DNA from: Eledone cirrhosa
Taxonomy: Eukaryota
DNA length: 64,000 bases
Reading direction: 5' to 3'
NCBI GenBank assembly: GCA_964016885.1
Contig: OZ024760.1
Coordinates: 8,928,001-8,992,000, forward strand
In this document: positions 16,200 through 28,589 of the stretch, one piece after another
How the letters are laid out: each line of letters begins with the position of its first letter
Numbering within the stretch: position 1 is the stretch's first letter
The notes under the pieces: model-generated
What the model saw: only the letters and a program-made list of their open reading frames with translations
The model's database searches: none
What the model was told of the DNA's origin: nothing
Position numbers and translations under genes: made by a program

Positions 16200-16831
16200 A
16201 GTGAAATGACAGGAGGCTAAATATGTTGAATTTCCTTAATTTGTTTATTACTTTAAACACTATACACATTTCTGTGGCCAGGTTGCGTAAGACCTCATCA
16301 GGTGTAAATTGCGCAATAGATTATATCAACGGAATGATGGTAAGCTTTTAAGGAAATAAGCAAAGAGAAAACAGAGAGGAAAAAGTGTTTGCTATGTTTT
16401 TGACCCAGAGACAGACGTAGTAGCATGCTGCCACATTGCTCGCCCACGTCTGAGTAGGAATTCACTCCCTCCACCATTCGGCTCTTCAGTCTGATCCGGG
16501 CCATTATTGTGTAATTTTTAATGCCTTGTAAGTCCTGACATATTCGATAATTCTCTGCCACATGTACATGACAATATATACATATATATATTTGAGAAAC
16601 CTTTTTGTATATATCGTTATTTTGTTGCATGTATAGTTTGCGCCTGTCATCAGTTCTCTTGGTGTCATATTTCATAACTACGGTGTTTAACTCTGGACAT
16701 TAACTTTCGATCCATTGAGTGCTCTGTGATTGCCTCAAAACAAATCTAATTGTCCTTGCTGTACTGCAGCTAAAGTTCGATTTACAAATATTATATTTAT
16801 ATATATATGTATCGATTTATAAATATTACAC

Positions 16832-16938
<107 letters not shown>

Positions 16939-17257
16939 AATTCCGGTGGGTGGATTCCTGATGAGTACCGAGAGGTAACTACAGCTTTAAAAAAAAGGGA
17001 CCCAATATGTTATTTCAGTATAGGCAAGCTTATTTTAAACAGAAATCACTTCTACAGAATTAGAACTGTTTCATTCGTATAAAAATCATATATTAGGTAA
17101 ATTTACGAAGAATTGAGACCGGTATACAAAAGATGCTTGTTTTGAATCTTGCAGAATCGTTTGTCTACGTTTTCTGGTCTCCAGGGTTACGTTACCCAGC
17201 TATCGTATTATTTATAATTATCTGTATTGTGGCTGATATATTTTCATGTATGTATAA

Positions 17258-17443
17258 TTGTTTCTACTTTAGGCACAAGGCCAGCAATTACCCAGTACAT
17301 TACTGGTACTTTATTTTATCGACCCCGTAAGGATGAAAGGCAAAGTTAACCTCGGCGGGATTTGAACTCAGACTGTAAAGGGACGTAACTATGCTAGAAA
17401 ACATGGCGTCCAACCCTCTACCGACACTGCCAATTCACCGCCC
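17258..17443 (-). mobile_element. MetaSINE-like SINE, near full length (partial copy follows at ~17500-17622)
   Basis: A-box/B-box head plus Meta-like core on the minus strand. Confidence 0.85.
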
Positions 17444-17649
17444 TATGTATGTATAATGGCAGTCGATCCGCTAGTTGAGGAAGACCTTATTTTACAAATA
17501 ATGGTTTCTCATTTAGGCACAAGGCTAGCAATTTGGGGAGGGGGGAAAAGTCGATTAAATTGACCCCAGTTCATTACTGGTGCTTTATTTTATCGACCCC
17601 GTAAGTATGAAAGGCAAAGTCTGCTAAGTCTGTTGCAAAAAAATACGCC

Positions 17650-19070
17650 GAAATTCACTCGTTCCATCATTCGGCCCTTCAGTCTGATCAGGACCGTTAT
17701 TATGTATTTTTGAATGCCTCGAATGTCAGGTCACTCTTGAGTGCTAATGATAGCATGCAACCCAGTACAGCCTGTAGCATGGTCGGGCCGCCGGCGACTA
17801 AACCGGCAACCCCACCGAGTTGTGGTGTAGTGTAGTGTAGTTTAGTGTGGTGTAGTGTAGTGTAATGTAGGTTAGTGTGGTGTAGTGTAGTGTAGGGTAG
17901 TGTGGTGTAGTATAGTGTAGTGTGGTGTAGTAGTGTGGTGTAGTGTAGTGTAGGGTAGTGTGGTGTAGTATAGTGTAGTGTAGTGTAGTATAGTATAGTA
18001 TAGTGTAGTGTAGTGTAGTGTAGTATAGTGTAGTGTAGTGTAGTGTAATGTAATGTAATGTAGTGTAGTGTAGTGTAGTGTAGTGTAGTGTAGTGTAGTG
18101 TAGTGTAGTATGGTGTAATGTAGTGTGGTGTAGTGTAGTGTAGTGTAGTGTAGTGTAGTGTAGGTTAGTGTAGTGTAGTGTAGTGTAGTGTAGTGTAGTG
18201 TAGGGTAGTGTAGTCTAGGGTAGTGTAGTATAGTGTAGTGTGGTTTAGTATAGTGTAGTGTAGTGTAATGTACTGTAGTGTAGTGTAGTATAGTGTGGTG
18301 TAGTGTAGTGTGGTGTAATGTAGTGTGGTGTAGCGTAGTGTAGTGTAGTGTAATGTAGTGTGGTGTGGTGTAATGTAGTGTAGTGTAGAGTAGCGTAGTG
18401 TAGTGTAGTGTAGTGTAGTGTAGTGTAGGTTAGTGTGGTGTAGTGTAGTGTAGTGTAGTGTAGTGTAGTGTAGTGTAGTATAGTGTAGTGTAGTTTAGTA
18501 TAGTGTAGTGTAGTATAGTGTAGTGTAGTGTAATGTAGTGTAGTGTAGTGTAGTTTAGTGTGGTGTAGTGTAGTGTAGTGTAGTGTAGTGTAGTGTAGTG
18601 TAGTATAGTGTAGTGTAGTTTAGTATAGTGTAGTGTAGTATAGTGTAGTGTAGTGTAATGTAGTGTAGTGTAGTGTAGTTTAGTGTGGTGTAGTGTAGTG
18701 TAGTGTAGTGTAGTGTAGTGTAGTGTAGTGTGGTATAGTTTAGTGTGGTGTAGTGTAGTGTAGTGTAGTATAGTATAGTGTAGTGTAGTGTAGTGTAGTG
18801 TAGTGTAGTGTGGTGTAATGTAGTGTAGTGTAGAGTAGTGTAGTGTAGTGTGGTGTGGTGTAATGTAGTGTAGTGTAGAGTAGTGTAGTGTAGTGTGGTG
18901 TGGTGTAATGTAGTGTAGTGTAGAGTAGTGTAGTGTAGTGTAGTGTAGTGTAGTGTAGTGTAGTGTAGTGTGGTCCTCCCTTGACACTCTGGTGATCTCT
19001 GTCAAACAACATGGCCTCCACTAAAGCAGGTGACTCTCTATGAGGCCAGATGTGTTCTGCTCATTGTTGA
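17650..19070 (+). mobile_element. Interspersed repeat (possibly an RTE-LINE 5' region) split by a (GTGTA)n expansion
   Basis: 17650-17730 is similar to 16458-16540. Non-repetitive sequence stops at TGTGGT (17821) and resumes after TGTGGT (~18974). Family assignment is tentative. Confidence 0.35.
17821..18974. repeat. (GTGTA)n pentanucleotide satellite
   Basis: Directly visible; source of the HYTTL ORFs. Confidence 0.95.
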
Positions 19071-19107
19071 TTTATGTTGAATCTGTTCATTTATATTTCA
19101 TTTGAGT

Positions 19108-19202
<95 letters not shown>

Positions 19203-19457
19203 TATATACATATAACGCACACACACATATATACACACACATATAACACACACATATATATATATATACACATATACATATATATATATATGCATATATA
19301 CATATAACACATATATATATATACACATATATATATAACACACATATATATATATACACATATATATATATACACATATACATATATATACATATATATA
19401 TATGCATATATACACACACACATATATATATATATACACACATATATATGCATATAT

Positions 19458-19488
<31 letters not shown>

Positions 19489-19494
19489 CATACA

Positions 19495-19688
19495 TAACGA
19501 AGGAAATGTGGTAAGGAACCAGGTGAACCATAACGCACCAGAGTACTCAATACTTAGGGTAGTAGAGTGGGAAATAGGAAAAAGTATGACCCCGATGGCA
19601 GAGCTCAAGCCGTTTCGACGTCTATTTCTGGACAGAAATAGCCGTCGAAACGGCTTGAGCTCTGCCGTCGGGGTCATACTTTTTCCTA
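19495..19688 (-). mobile_element. Family A insertion with 57-bp inverted arms carrying the HHR 3' half
   Basis: GAAACGGC-TTGAGCTCT-GCCGTC-GGGGTC at 19647-19675, mirrored on the other strand. Confidence 0.8.
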
Positions 19689-19691
19689 TAT

Positions 19692-19731
<40 letters not shown>

Positions 19732-20444
19732 ACATACATATATATACATATACATATATATATACATGTACATATATATATATATATACACATATATATA
19801 CACACATATATATATATACACACACATATGCACACACAGACACACACACACATACATACATTCGCCTTTGTCTGCACTAAGTGCACCCAACGGAACAGAA
19901 GAATCCTTTGACACACACACACGCATCCACCCACACACACACCAGCACACATATCCACCCACACACAGCCACACAGCAACACACACACACACATACACAC
20001 ACACACATACAACCACACACACACATACAACCACACACACATACAACCACACACACGCATCCACCCACACACACACACCAACACACACATATCCACGCAC
20101 ACACAGCCACACAGCAACACACACACATACAACCACACACACATATACAACCACACACACACATACAACCACACACACACATACAAGCACACACACACAC
20201 ATACAACCACACACACACACACACACATACTACCGTACACACCACCTCATCTCTGATTCACTGTTTCTCAAAATTAGAGCCGTCTTTTTTGCTGTTGTTG
20301 TTGTTACTGTTGCTATTGAGGTTGCTTTGCTGGTGTTGTTGCTGTTGTTGCTGTTGTGGTTGTTGTTGCTGTTGTTGTTACTGTGGTGGTTGTTGTTGTT
20401 TGAACCAGTAAGGAACTGTTAGATTCCTTAATTCCGTTAACGTG

Positions 20445-21370
20445 TCACCATCACCGCCACCACCATCACTAACACCAATACCAACACCACCATCACCACC
20501 ATCACCACCACCTTCACCACCATCACCATCACCACCACCACCACCTTCATCACCATCATCATCACCACCACCGCCTTCACCATCATCACCATCACCACCA
20601 CCATCACCCTCATCACCACCACCTTCACCACCACCGCCTTCACCATCACCATCACCACCGCCTTCACCACCATCACCCTCATCACCACCGCCTTCACCAC
20701 CACCGCCTTCACCATCACCACCACCATCACCATCACCACCACCACCTTCACCACCACCGCCTTCACCATCACCACCACCATCACCACCACCATCATCACC
20801 ACCACCATCACCACCACCTTCACCACCTTCACCATCACCACCACCACCTTCACCACCACCACCACCACCTTCACCATCACCACCACCACCTTCACCATCA
20901 TCACCACTACCTTCACCACCATCACCACCACCTTCACAATCATCACCACCACCACCACCTTCACCATCACCACCATCACCACCACCTTTACCATCATCAC
21001 CACCACCATCACCATCACCACCACCACCTTCACCACCATCACCACCACCACCTAGATCAACAACTTAAGCAGCATCAGTAGTATCCCCATATTCATCATA
21101 ATTCCCACCATTACCGCCTACAACACCCTGCCGCCGCCGTCACCATCATCATCACCAACACCATCACCACCAATATCACCATCATCATCACCAACACCAT
21201 CACCACCAATATCACCATCATCATCACCAACACCATCACCACCAATATCACCATCATCATCACCAACACCATCACCACCAATATCACCATCATCATCACC
21301 ACCAATATCACCATCATCATCACCAACAACACCATCACCACCAATATCATCATCATCATCATCATCAATA
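20445..21370. repeat. (CAC/CAT)n trinucleotide tract
   Basis: Directly visible. Confidence 0.95.
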
Positions 21371-21574
21371 TTTAGATACCAGCAGGTTAAACTCTCCTCT
21401 AAACAATATGGTGAGCTGCAATCAAAGAATTCGAAGAAAATCTTTCATAAACAGATGGAATACGCTGGAACAGATGTCGTTTGAACAGATGTCAGATGAG
21501 CAGATGTTGAACTGACGTCTGACATCTGTCTGTAGATATATTAGGTCACCCATTGTCATTATTGTTATTATTTT

Positions 21575-21750
21575 TGCCAATATCGGTAGAGCGTCGGACA
21601 AAATGCTTTGCTGCGCCTCTTTACAGTCTGAGTTCAAATCCAACCGAGGTTAGCGTTGCCTTTGATCCTTACGGGGTCGATAAAATAAAGTACCAGTAAT
21701 ACACTGGGTCGATTTAATCGACTTTCCCTTTTCTTTAAAATTACTAACGG
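21575..21750 (+). mobile_element. MetaSINE-like SINE
   Basis: GAGTTCAAATCC B-box plus core. Confidence 0.8.
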
Positions 21751-21775
21751 CCTTCTGTTGTTGTTAATGAGTAAA

Positions 21776-23085
21776 CATACTTTATATATATAAAGAAGAA
21801 ATTAAAAGATGGTTAAAGAAGTTCCATATATACATACTTTATATATATAAAGAAGAAATTAAAAGATGGTTAAAGAAGTTCCATATATACATACTTTATA
21901 TATATAAAGAAGAAATTAAAAGATGGTTAAAGAAGTTCCATATATACATACTTTATATATATAAAGAAGAAATTAAAAGATGGTTAAAGAAGTTCCATAT
22001 ATACTTACTTTATATATATAAAGAAGAAATTAAAAGATGGTTAAAGAAGTTCCATATATACATACTTTATATATATAAAGAAGAAATTAAAAGATGGTTA
22101 AAGAAGTTCCATATATACATACTTTATATATATAAAGAAGAAATTAAAAGATGGTTAAAGAAGTTCCATATATACATACTTTATATATATAAAGAAGAAA
22201 TTAAAAGATGGTTAAAGAAGTTCCATATATACTTACTTTATATATATAAAGAAGAAATTAAAAGATGGTTAAAGAAGTTCCATATATACATGCTTTATAT
22301 ATATAAAGAAGAAATTAAAAGATGGTTAAAGAAGTTCCATATATACATACTTTATATATATAAAGAAGAAATTAAAAGATGGTTAAAGAAGTTCCATATA
22401 TACATACTTTATATATATAAAGAAGAAATTAAAAGATGGTTAAAGAAGTTCCATATATACATACTTTATATATATAAAGAAGAAATTAAAAGATGGTTAA
22501 AGAAGTTCCATATATACAGACTTTATATATATAAAGAAGAAATTAAAAGATGGTTAAAGAAGTTCCATATATACATACTTTATATATATAAAGAAGAAAT
22601 TAAAAGATGGTTAAAGAAGTTCCATATATACATACTTTATATATATAAAGAAGAAATTAAAAGATGGTTAAAGAAGTTCCATATATACATACTTTATATA
22701 TATAAAGAAGAAATTAAAAGATGGTTAAAGAAGTTCCATATATACTTACTTTATATATATAAAGAAGAAATTAAAAGATGGTTAAAGAAGTTCCATATAT
22801 ACATACTTTATATATATAAAGAAGAAATTAAAAGATGGTTAAAGAAGTTCCATATATACATACTTTATATATATAAAGAAGAAATTAAAAGATGGTTAAA
22901 GAAGTTCCATATATACATACTTTATATATATAAAGAAGAAATTAAAAGATGGTTAAAGAAGTTCCATATATACATACTTTATATATATAAAGAAGAAATT
23001 AAAAGATGGTTAAAGAGGTTCCATATATACATACTTTATATATATAAAGAAGAAATTAAAAGATGGTTAAAGAAGTTCCATATAT
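21776..23085. repeat. Highly homogeneous 57-bp minisatellite (~23 copies)
   Basis: Unit CATACTTTATATATATAAAGAAGAAATTAAAAGATGGTTAAAGAAGTTCCATATATA. Confidence 0.95.
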
Positions 23086-23124
23086 TTTATTATGCGCAAA
23101 GCGCCCATAATTCTGATTTCTCAT

Positions 23125-23169
<45 letters not shown>

Positions 23170-23173
<4 letters not shown>

Positions 23174-23597
23174 ATAACCGTGCTGCGGGGTTGCTAATGG
23201 GTTACATATGAATAAAGTTAGTCCTTCATCAGTGATCTCTCTTTCGTCTACGATTTCACAGAACTTACGTTCACCGAATTCACAGACTAGATCCCTTCTT
23301 CCTCCCGTTAGACCTGTACGGAATTCCTTCCTTGCTCACATTCCAACCAGGTTTGATGGTCTTTATTCTCTCTCGTTCACGATTTCACCGAATTTATATT
23401 CATAGAAATTTGGGACTTGACTCCTTCTTCCTCACTTTTCGTTGCTTCACCATCTTTGTTTGTTTACACTCTCGTGTCCCCTTTATTTACGTGTCCCAAC
23501 GACTTTTTTTAGCCGTTGCTCGCACCAACCGGAGGTATATGGTCTTTAAAGCGATGAAATACCAATGATGGTTGGAAGATCACTGATGAAGGACTAA

Positions 23598-23600
<3 letters not shown>
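23170..23600 (+). mobile_element. Family B insertion in (TA)n with inverted terminal segment; carries the K-turn HHR-like motif at 23493-23594
   Basis: AAGTTAGTCCTTCATCAGTGATCT near the left end mirrors AGATCACTGATGAAGGACTAACTT at the right end; near-identical to 48359-48650. Confidence 0.8.
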
Positions 23601-23632
<32 letters not shown>

Positions 23633-23641
<9 letters not shown>

Positions 23642-23850
23642 TAACAGATTAAAGTTTAAGCAAAGAATCGCTGCTTTCACCCTTAACGGGATCTTCTGAG
23701 TTTCAGAAGATCCCGTTAAGAGTGAAAGCAGCGACTCTTTGCTTAAACTTTAATCTGTTATTTTAATAAATATTTGCTCTACGGTTCTTATATATTTCAT
23801 ATATATTTATCCTTATCGAACCCTCTTTGGATTTTAGTCTTCAAATTTAT
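23633..23850 (+). mobile_element. Family C fold-back insertion in (TA)n (~66-bp arms)
   Basis: Palindrome centred at ~23701; related copies at 34763-34877 and 59703-59762. Confidence 0.8.
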
Positions 23851-23926
23851 TATTATTATATATATATATAAAGTATGTATACTGTCGAAACGGCCGGAGC
23901 TCAGCCGTCAGGGTCCTGAATTTTTC

Positions 23927-23966
<40 letters not shown>

Positions 23967-24117
23967 ACACCATATGATGACTCAGGAAGATCCATCTCTC
24001 CTATTTTTATTCCTACCATCTCTCTTCCTCACCGCCCCCCCCCGCCCCCCATCTCCATCTATTCATTCTACGCACATCAAATTCTGTTATGTTTGGCTGT
24101 CTGGTTAGCTTCTACAT

Positions 24118-24172
<55 letters not shown>

Positions 24173-24189
24173 CACACAAACACGCTTTA

Positions 24190-24227
<38 letters not shown>

Positions 24228-24589
24228 GATACATGCATATATATATATATACATAAATATTTATGGGGAGGGGGTATTTGTTGTGTATATATATTGGGGT
24301 ACGTGTGTATTTGTATTGATGTGTGTGTATGTATGTATAATATGGTCAACCAATCGGGTGTGTCGAACAATTACGTCAACTATTTCATCAACATGCTTAA
24401 TTAAGTTTACGATCAAAGTCCCCATAATCCTGATTTCTCATTGGCTGCATCTTTCCTCATTCTCCCGCCCTTAACATACACTAGCGCCTCCTGTCGCCGA
24501 TCGCTTATTGATTCGCTGGTAATTCGATGATTGAATTACTTATTGATTAACTTCACACCCCAACGTTAAGCTGAGATCTAATTATGGAG

Positions 24590-24715
24590 AGTCTAGTGGT
24601 ATGTACGTTGGATTGACGGTCGTAGTGTGACGCATTGTGACCTTGAGCAAGACACTTCATTTCACGTTGATCCAATGAACTTATTTGAAGGAAGATGAGT
24701 GCTACCATCAGCAGC
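24590..24715 (+). mobile_element. Degenerate tRNA-derived CORE-like SINE
   Basis: CCTTGAGCAAGACACTTCATTTCAC motif shared with the SINEs at 32787 and 40170. Confidence 0.6.
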
Positions 24716-26147
24716 AGCAACAACAGCAACACCAGAAACAGCAGCCTTCTCATTGGCTGTATCTTTTCTGGTGGTATTGTTGCTGTAGCAACAGCAACAG
24801 TAACAATACCACCACCAGCAACAGTAACAATACCAACAACAACAACAGCAGTAACAATACCACCACCAACAACAACAGTAACAATACCACCAACAACAAC
24901 AATAACAATACCACCACCAACAGCAACAGTAACAATACCAACAACAACAACAGTAACAATACCACCACCAACAACAACAGTAACAACACCACCAGCAACA
25001 ACAGTAACAATACCACCACCACCAACAAAAGTAACAATACCAACAACAACAACAGTAACAATACCACCACCAGCAACAGTAGTAGCAGCAGCAGCAGCAA
25101 GTTCAGCAATAACTGGGGGTCGTTACTGTGCGAGAGGTATTGTCTCACACACTCAGTCACTGAATAGCAATTAGACTGAGATAATATTAGGGGCGTAATT
25201 TGTATAATTGAGCCCAATTTGAAACATTACGGGGTCACCTCTTTTTCTTTTCTTTTCTTTTTTTAGGGCAAAGTATGGCACCCTATTTACAGTTTGTAAC
25301 AAAAATATCAACAAAGAACGATTTTAAAACACCATCTCTAAGTGGGTAGGACTTTGTAAAACGCGACACTTGTAATTTCTGGGACAGCAATAATATATCT
25401 CTCCCTTTCTGGCTTAAGACCAGAGTTTGCCAACCATTGAAGAGTAAGGATTTGGTCTATATAAAGATCACTGGCTCGGTTGGGGTATTTGCAATGCAGT
25501 GGTTTCTGTGGCCCTTCTTCCCCTAGTATGTCGCAGGCTGGTTTGTTCTATTCAGTTCTTTATTTGCTTGGCTATTTCAGTAGGGAGATATTTATGCCAT
25601 TGGAATTTGGCCCAACGAATTGCATTTCTCAAAGGTGTTTTCTTTACATCCTTTGTTATAGAATGTAGCTTTTTGTAGCCTTCATGTTTTTACACCAGTT
25701 TTAACATCCACTCCTTCCCCTGTTCTAACTACTAAATGGCCTATAATGACAGTTGTAGTTGTTTTAACTTACAGCTGCCTTCTTTTCTAGGGAGTTACAT
25801 GTGAGCTACATCCTTTTTTTTTGTGATACATATAGTACAATTTTAGTAGCTTTCAGATTTCGACATCGATTATGCTAATCTCCGATAGTGACCAGTTCAT
25901 AATGTTGAAGCTGTGTGTAATTACTGGTATGGCTAGTGTATTAATGGCCTCTATTTTGGGTCTGGCATTTAATTAACTCTTCAAAGGAACCCCAACTCTT
26001 TTAAACATTCTTTTCTTATTTGTTCGCTCATCAGTTAATGTTAAATTCCGCCTCTCTCACAGACATCCGGGCACTTATAACTTTCATCTGATATTTTATT
26101 GGCATATATTTATCTAATATATTGTTGGGTGTTAATAATTTTCTTTA

Positions 26148-27100
26148 GACACCACCACTACTACAACCAATACCACCACTATAACCACTACCACCACTAC
26201 AATCAACACCACTATAACCACCACCACCCCCACCACTACAGCCAACACCACTATAACCACCACTACAACCAAACGCCACCATCACCACTACAAGCACAAC
26301 CACCACCACCACTATAACCACCACCACCACCACTACAATCAACACCACTATAAACCCCCCCCCCCCCCCCACCACTACAGCCAACACCACTATAACCACC
26401 ACTACAACAACCACCACCACCACCACCACTATAACCACCACCACCACTACAACCAACACCACTATAACCACCACCACCACCACTACAGCCAACACCACTA
26501 TGACCACCATTACAACCAACGCCACTATAAACACCACCACTACTACAACCAACACCAACACTATAACCACCACTACCATCACCACTACTACAACCAACAC
26601 CAACACTATAACCACCACTACCACCACTACAACCAACGCCACTATAAACACCACCACTACTACAACCAACACTATAACCACCACTACCACCACCATTACA
26701 GCCAACACCACTATAACCACCACTACAACCAACACCAACACTATAACCACCACTACCACCACCACTACTACAACCAACACCAACACTATAACCACCACTA
26801 CCACCACCACAACCAACACCAACACTATAACCACCACCACCACTACAGCCAACACCACTATAACCACCACTACAACAACCAACACCACCACTATAACCAC
26901 CACTACCACCACTACAACCAACATCACTACAACCAACACCAACACTATAACCACCACTACAACAACCAACACCACCACTATAACCACCACTACCACCACT
27001 ACAACCAACATCACTACAACCAACACCAACACTATAACCACCACTACCACCACTACCACCACCACCACCACTACAACCAACACCACTATAACCAACACCA
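26148..27100. repeat. (ACC/ACT/AAC)n trinucleotide-derived tract
   Basis: Directly visible. Confidence 0.95.
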
Positions 27101-27264
27101 TAGGTTAATAGGTAATTTACAGTAAAGTTGTTATGTATCCTATAGCCGATGGCTGATGAAGTGGGTTTGTTTTCCATGTTTTCGAGTCTCGAGTGTCTTC
27201 TTGTATTCGCTGTAGTCATCGAGATATCATTTCTTGACAAAAAACACACGCAAACTTTACACAC

Positions 27265-27295
<31 letters not shown>

Positions 27296-27804
27296 ACACA
27301 TCAGGTTCGCCAGTATCAGTGTTTGCGTGTGTGTATGCAACCATGGGTTTGTATGTGTGCATGTGTATGTATGTATCTATGTATATATATATACATACAT
27401 ATATAGATATATACATACGTACATACGTACATACGTACGTATGTATGTACGTATGTATATATCTATATATGTATGTATATATATGAATATATTATACATG
27501 TATATATCTATATATATATATATATACATGTGTACGTATGTATGTATATATCTATATATATGTATATATATATGAATATATTATACATGTATATAACTAT
27601 ATATATATATATACATGTGTACGTACGTATGTATATATCTATATATATGAATATATTATACATGTTTATATATATATATATTTTATACATGTATATATAT
27701 ATATATATTATACATGTATATATATATATATAACTATATATATATATATATATACATGTGTACGTACGTACGTATATATCTATATATATATGAATGTATT
27801 ATAC

Positions 27805-27851
<47 letters not shown>

Positions 27852-27907
27852 TATACATATATATATATATATACATATATATACATATATATATATATGA
27901 CTATATT

Positions 27908-27985
<78 letters not shown>

Positions 27986-28240
27986 GTGTGTACGTATCAA
28001 ACAAGTCATCAAACACCAAATAAATGCAAGACTCCTGTAAAATCGTAATATTAGAAATAGAAAAACTAAATTCTGTAAAATGAACATCAAATTAAATTTA
28101 TTTTATTTTTCTATTTACGATGTTTTGTTATTGTTGTTGATGTCAAAACTTGGGATGTATTCCCTTGACAGTCACGTCGCCAGACTTCTGCCCTGAATAT
28201 TAAAATCTATTTAAAAAATAAGAATTTTGTCACCATTAGT

Positions 28241-28560
28241 ACAGTTATCCGCCGCTATTCGCGGGAGTTACGTTCCTTGGGCACCCGCGAAGAGTGAAAA
28301 ACCGCGAATATCGGACGTGGTCCATAGAAATGCTTATAAATGTCAAAATATAACGTAAAGTATAATTTCAAAAAAAGGAACCATCTTATTCGAAGAAGCG
28401 TCTTATGCGAAGAAGCGTCTTATGCGAAGAGGCGTCCAATAGGCTGGCAAATATTGGTATATTGTTATTAATCATTTAGTGTTTAAAAATATATATTGCC
28501 ACAAGAAAAAAGCCATAAAAAAATCCGCGGAAGATGTTTACGATTCCGCGAATATGCGGT
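28241..28560. mobile_element. pogo/Tigger-like MITE relic
   Basis: TA-CAGTTATCCGCCGCTATTCGCGG left end; CCGCGAATATGCGG partial right end. Confidence 0.5.
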
Positions 28561-28589
28561 GGTTTCCACCACCCAGGGACAGGGGGGGG

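Noticed and set aside
20442-21068. Extensin-like SPPPP ORF, and similar poly-S, poly-C, poly-G and poly-T ORFs at 5922, 7512, 26263, 31235 and 46111
   Set aside because: Trinucleotide tracts open in many frames on both strands, with no splice or domain context.
22290-23171. 293-aa repeat protein (KEEIKRWLKKFH)n
   Set aside because: In-frame 57-bp minisatellite; the ATG arises from a single unit variant.
23560-23600. SECIS element
   Set aside because: The k-turn lacks the long helix II and apical AA loop in SECIS orientation.
27150-27200. CTGATGA followed by a weak stem
   Set aside because: No GAAA and no stem I.
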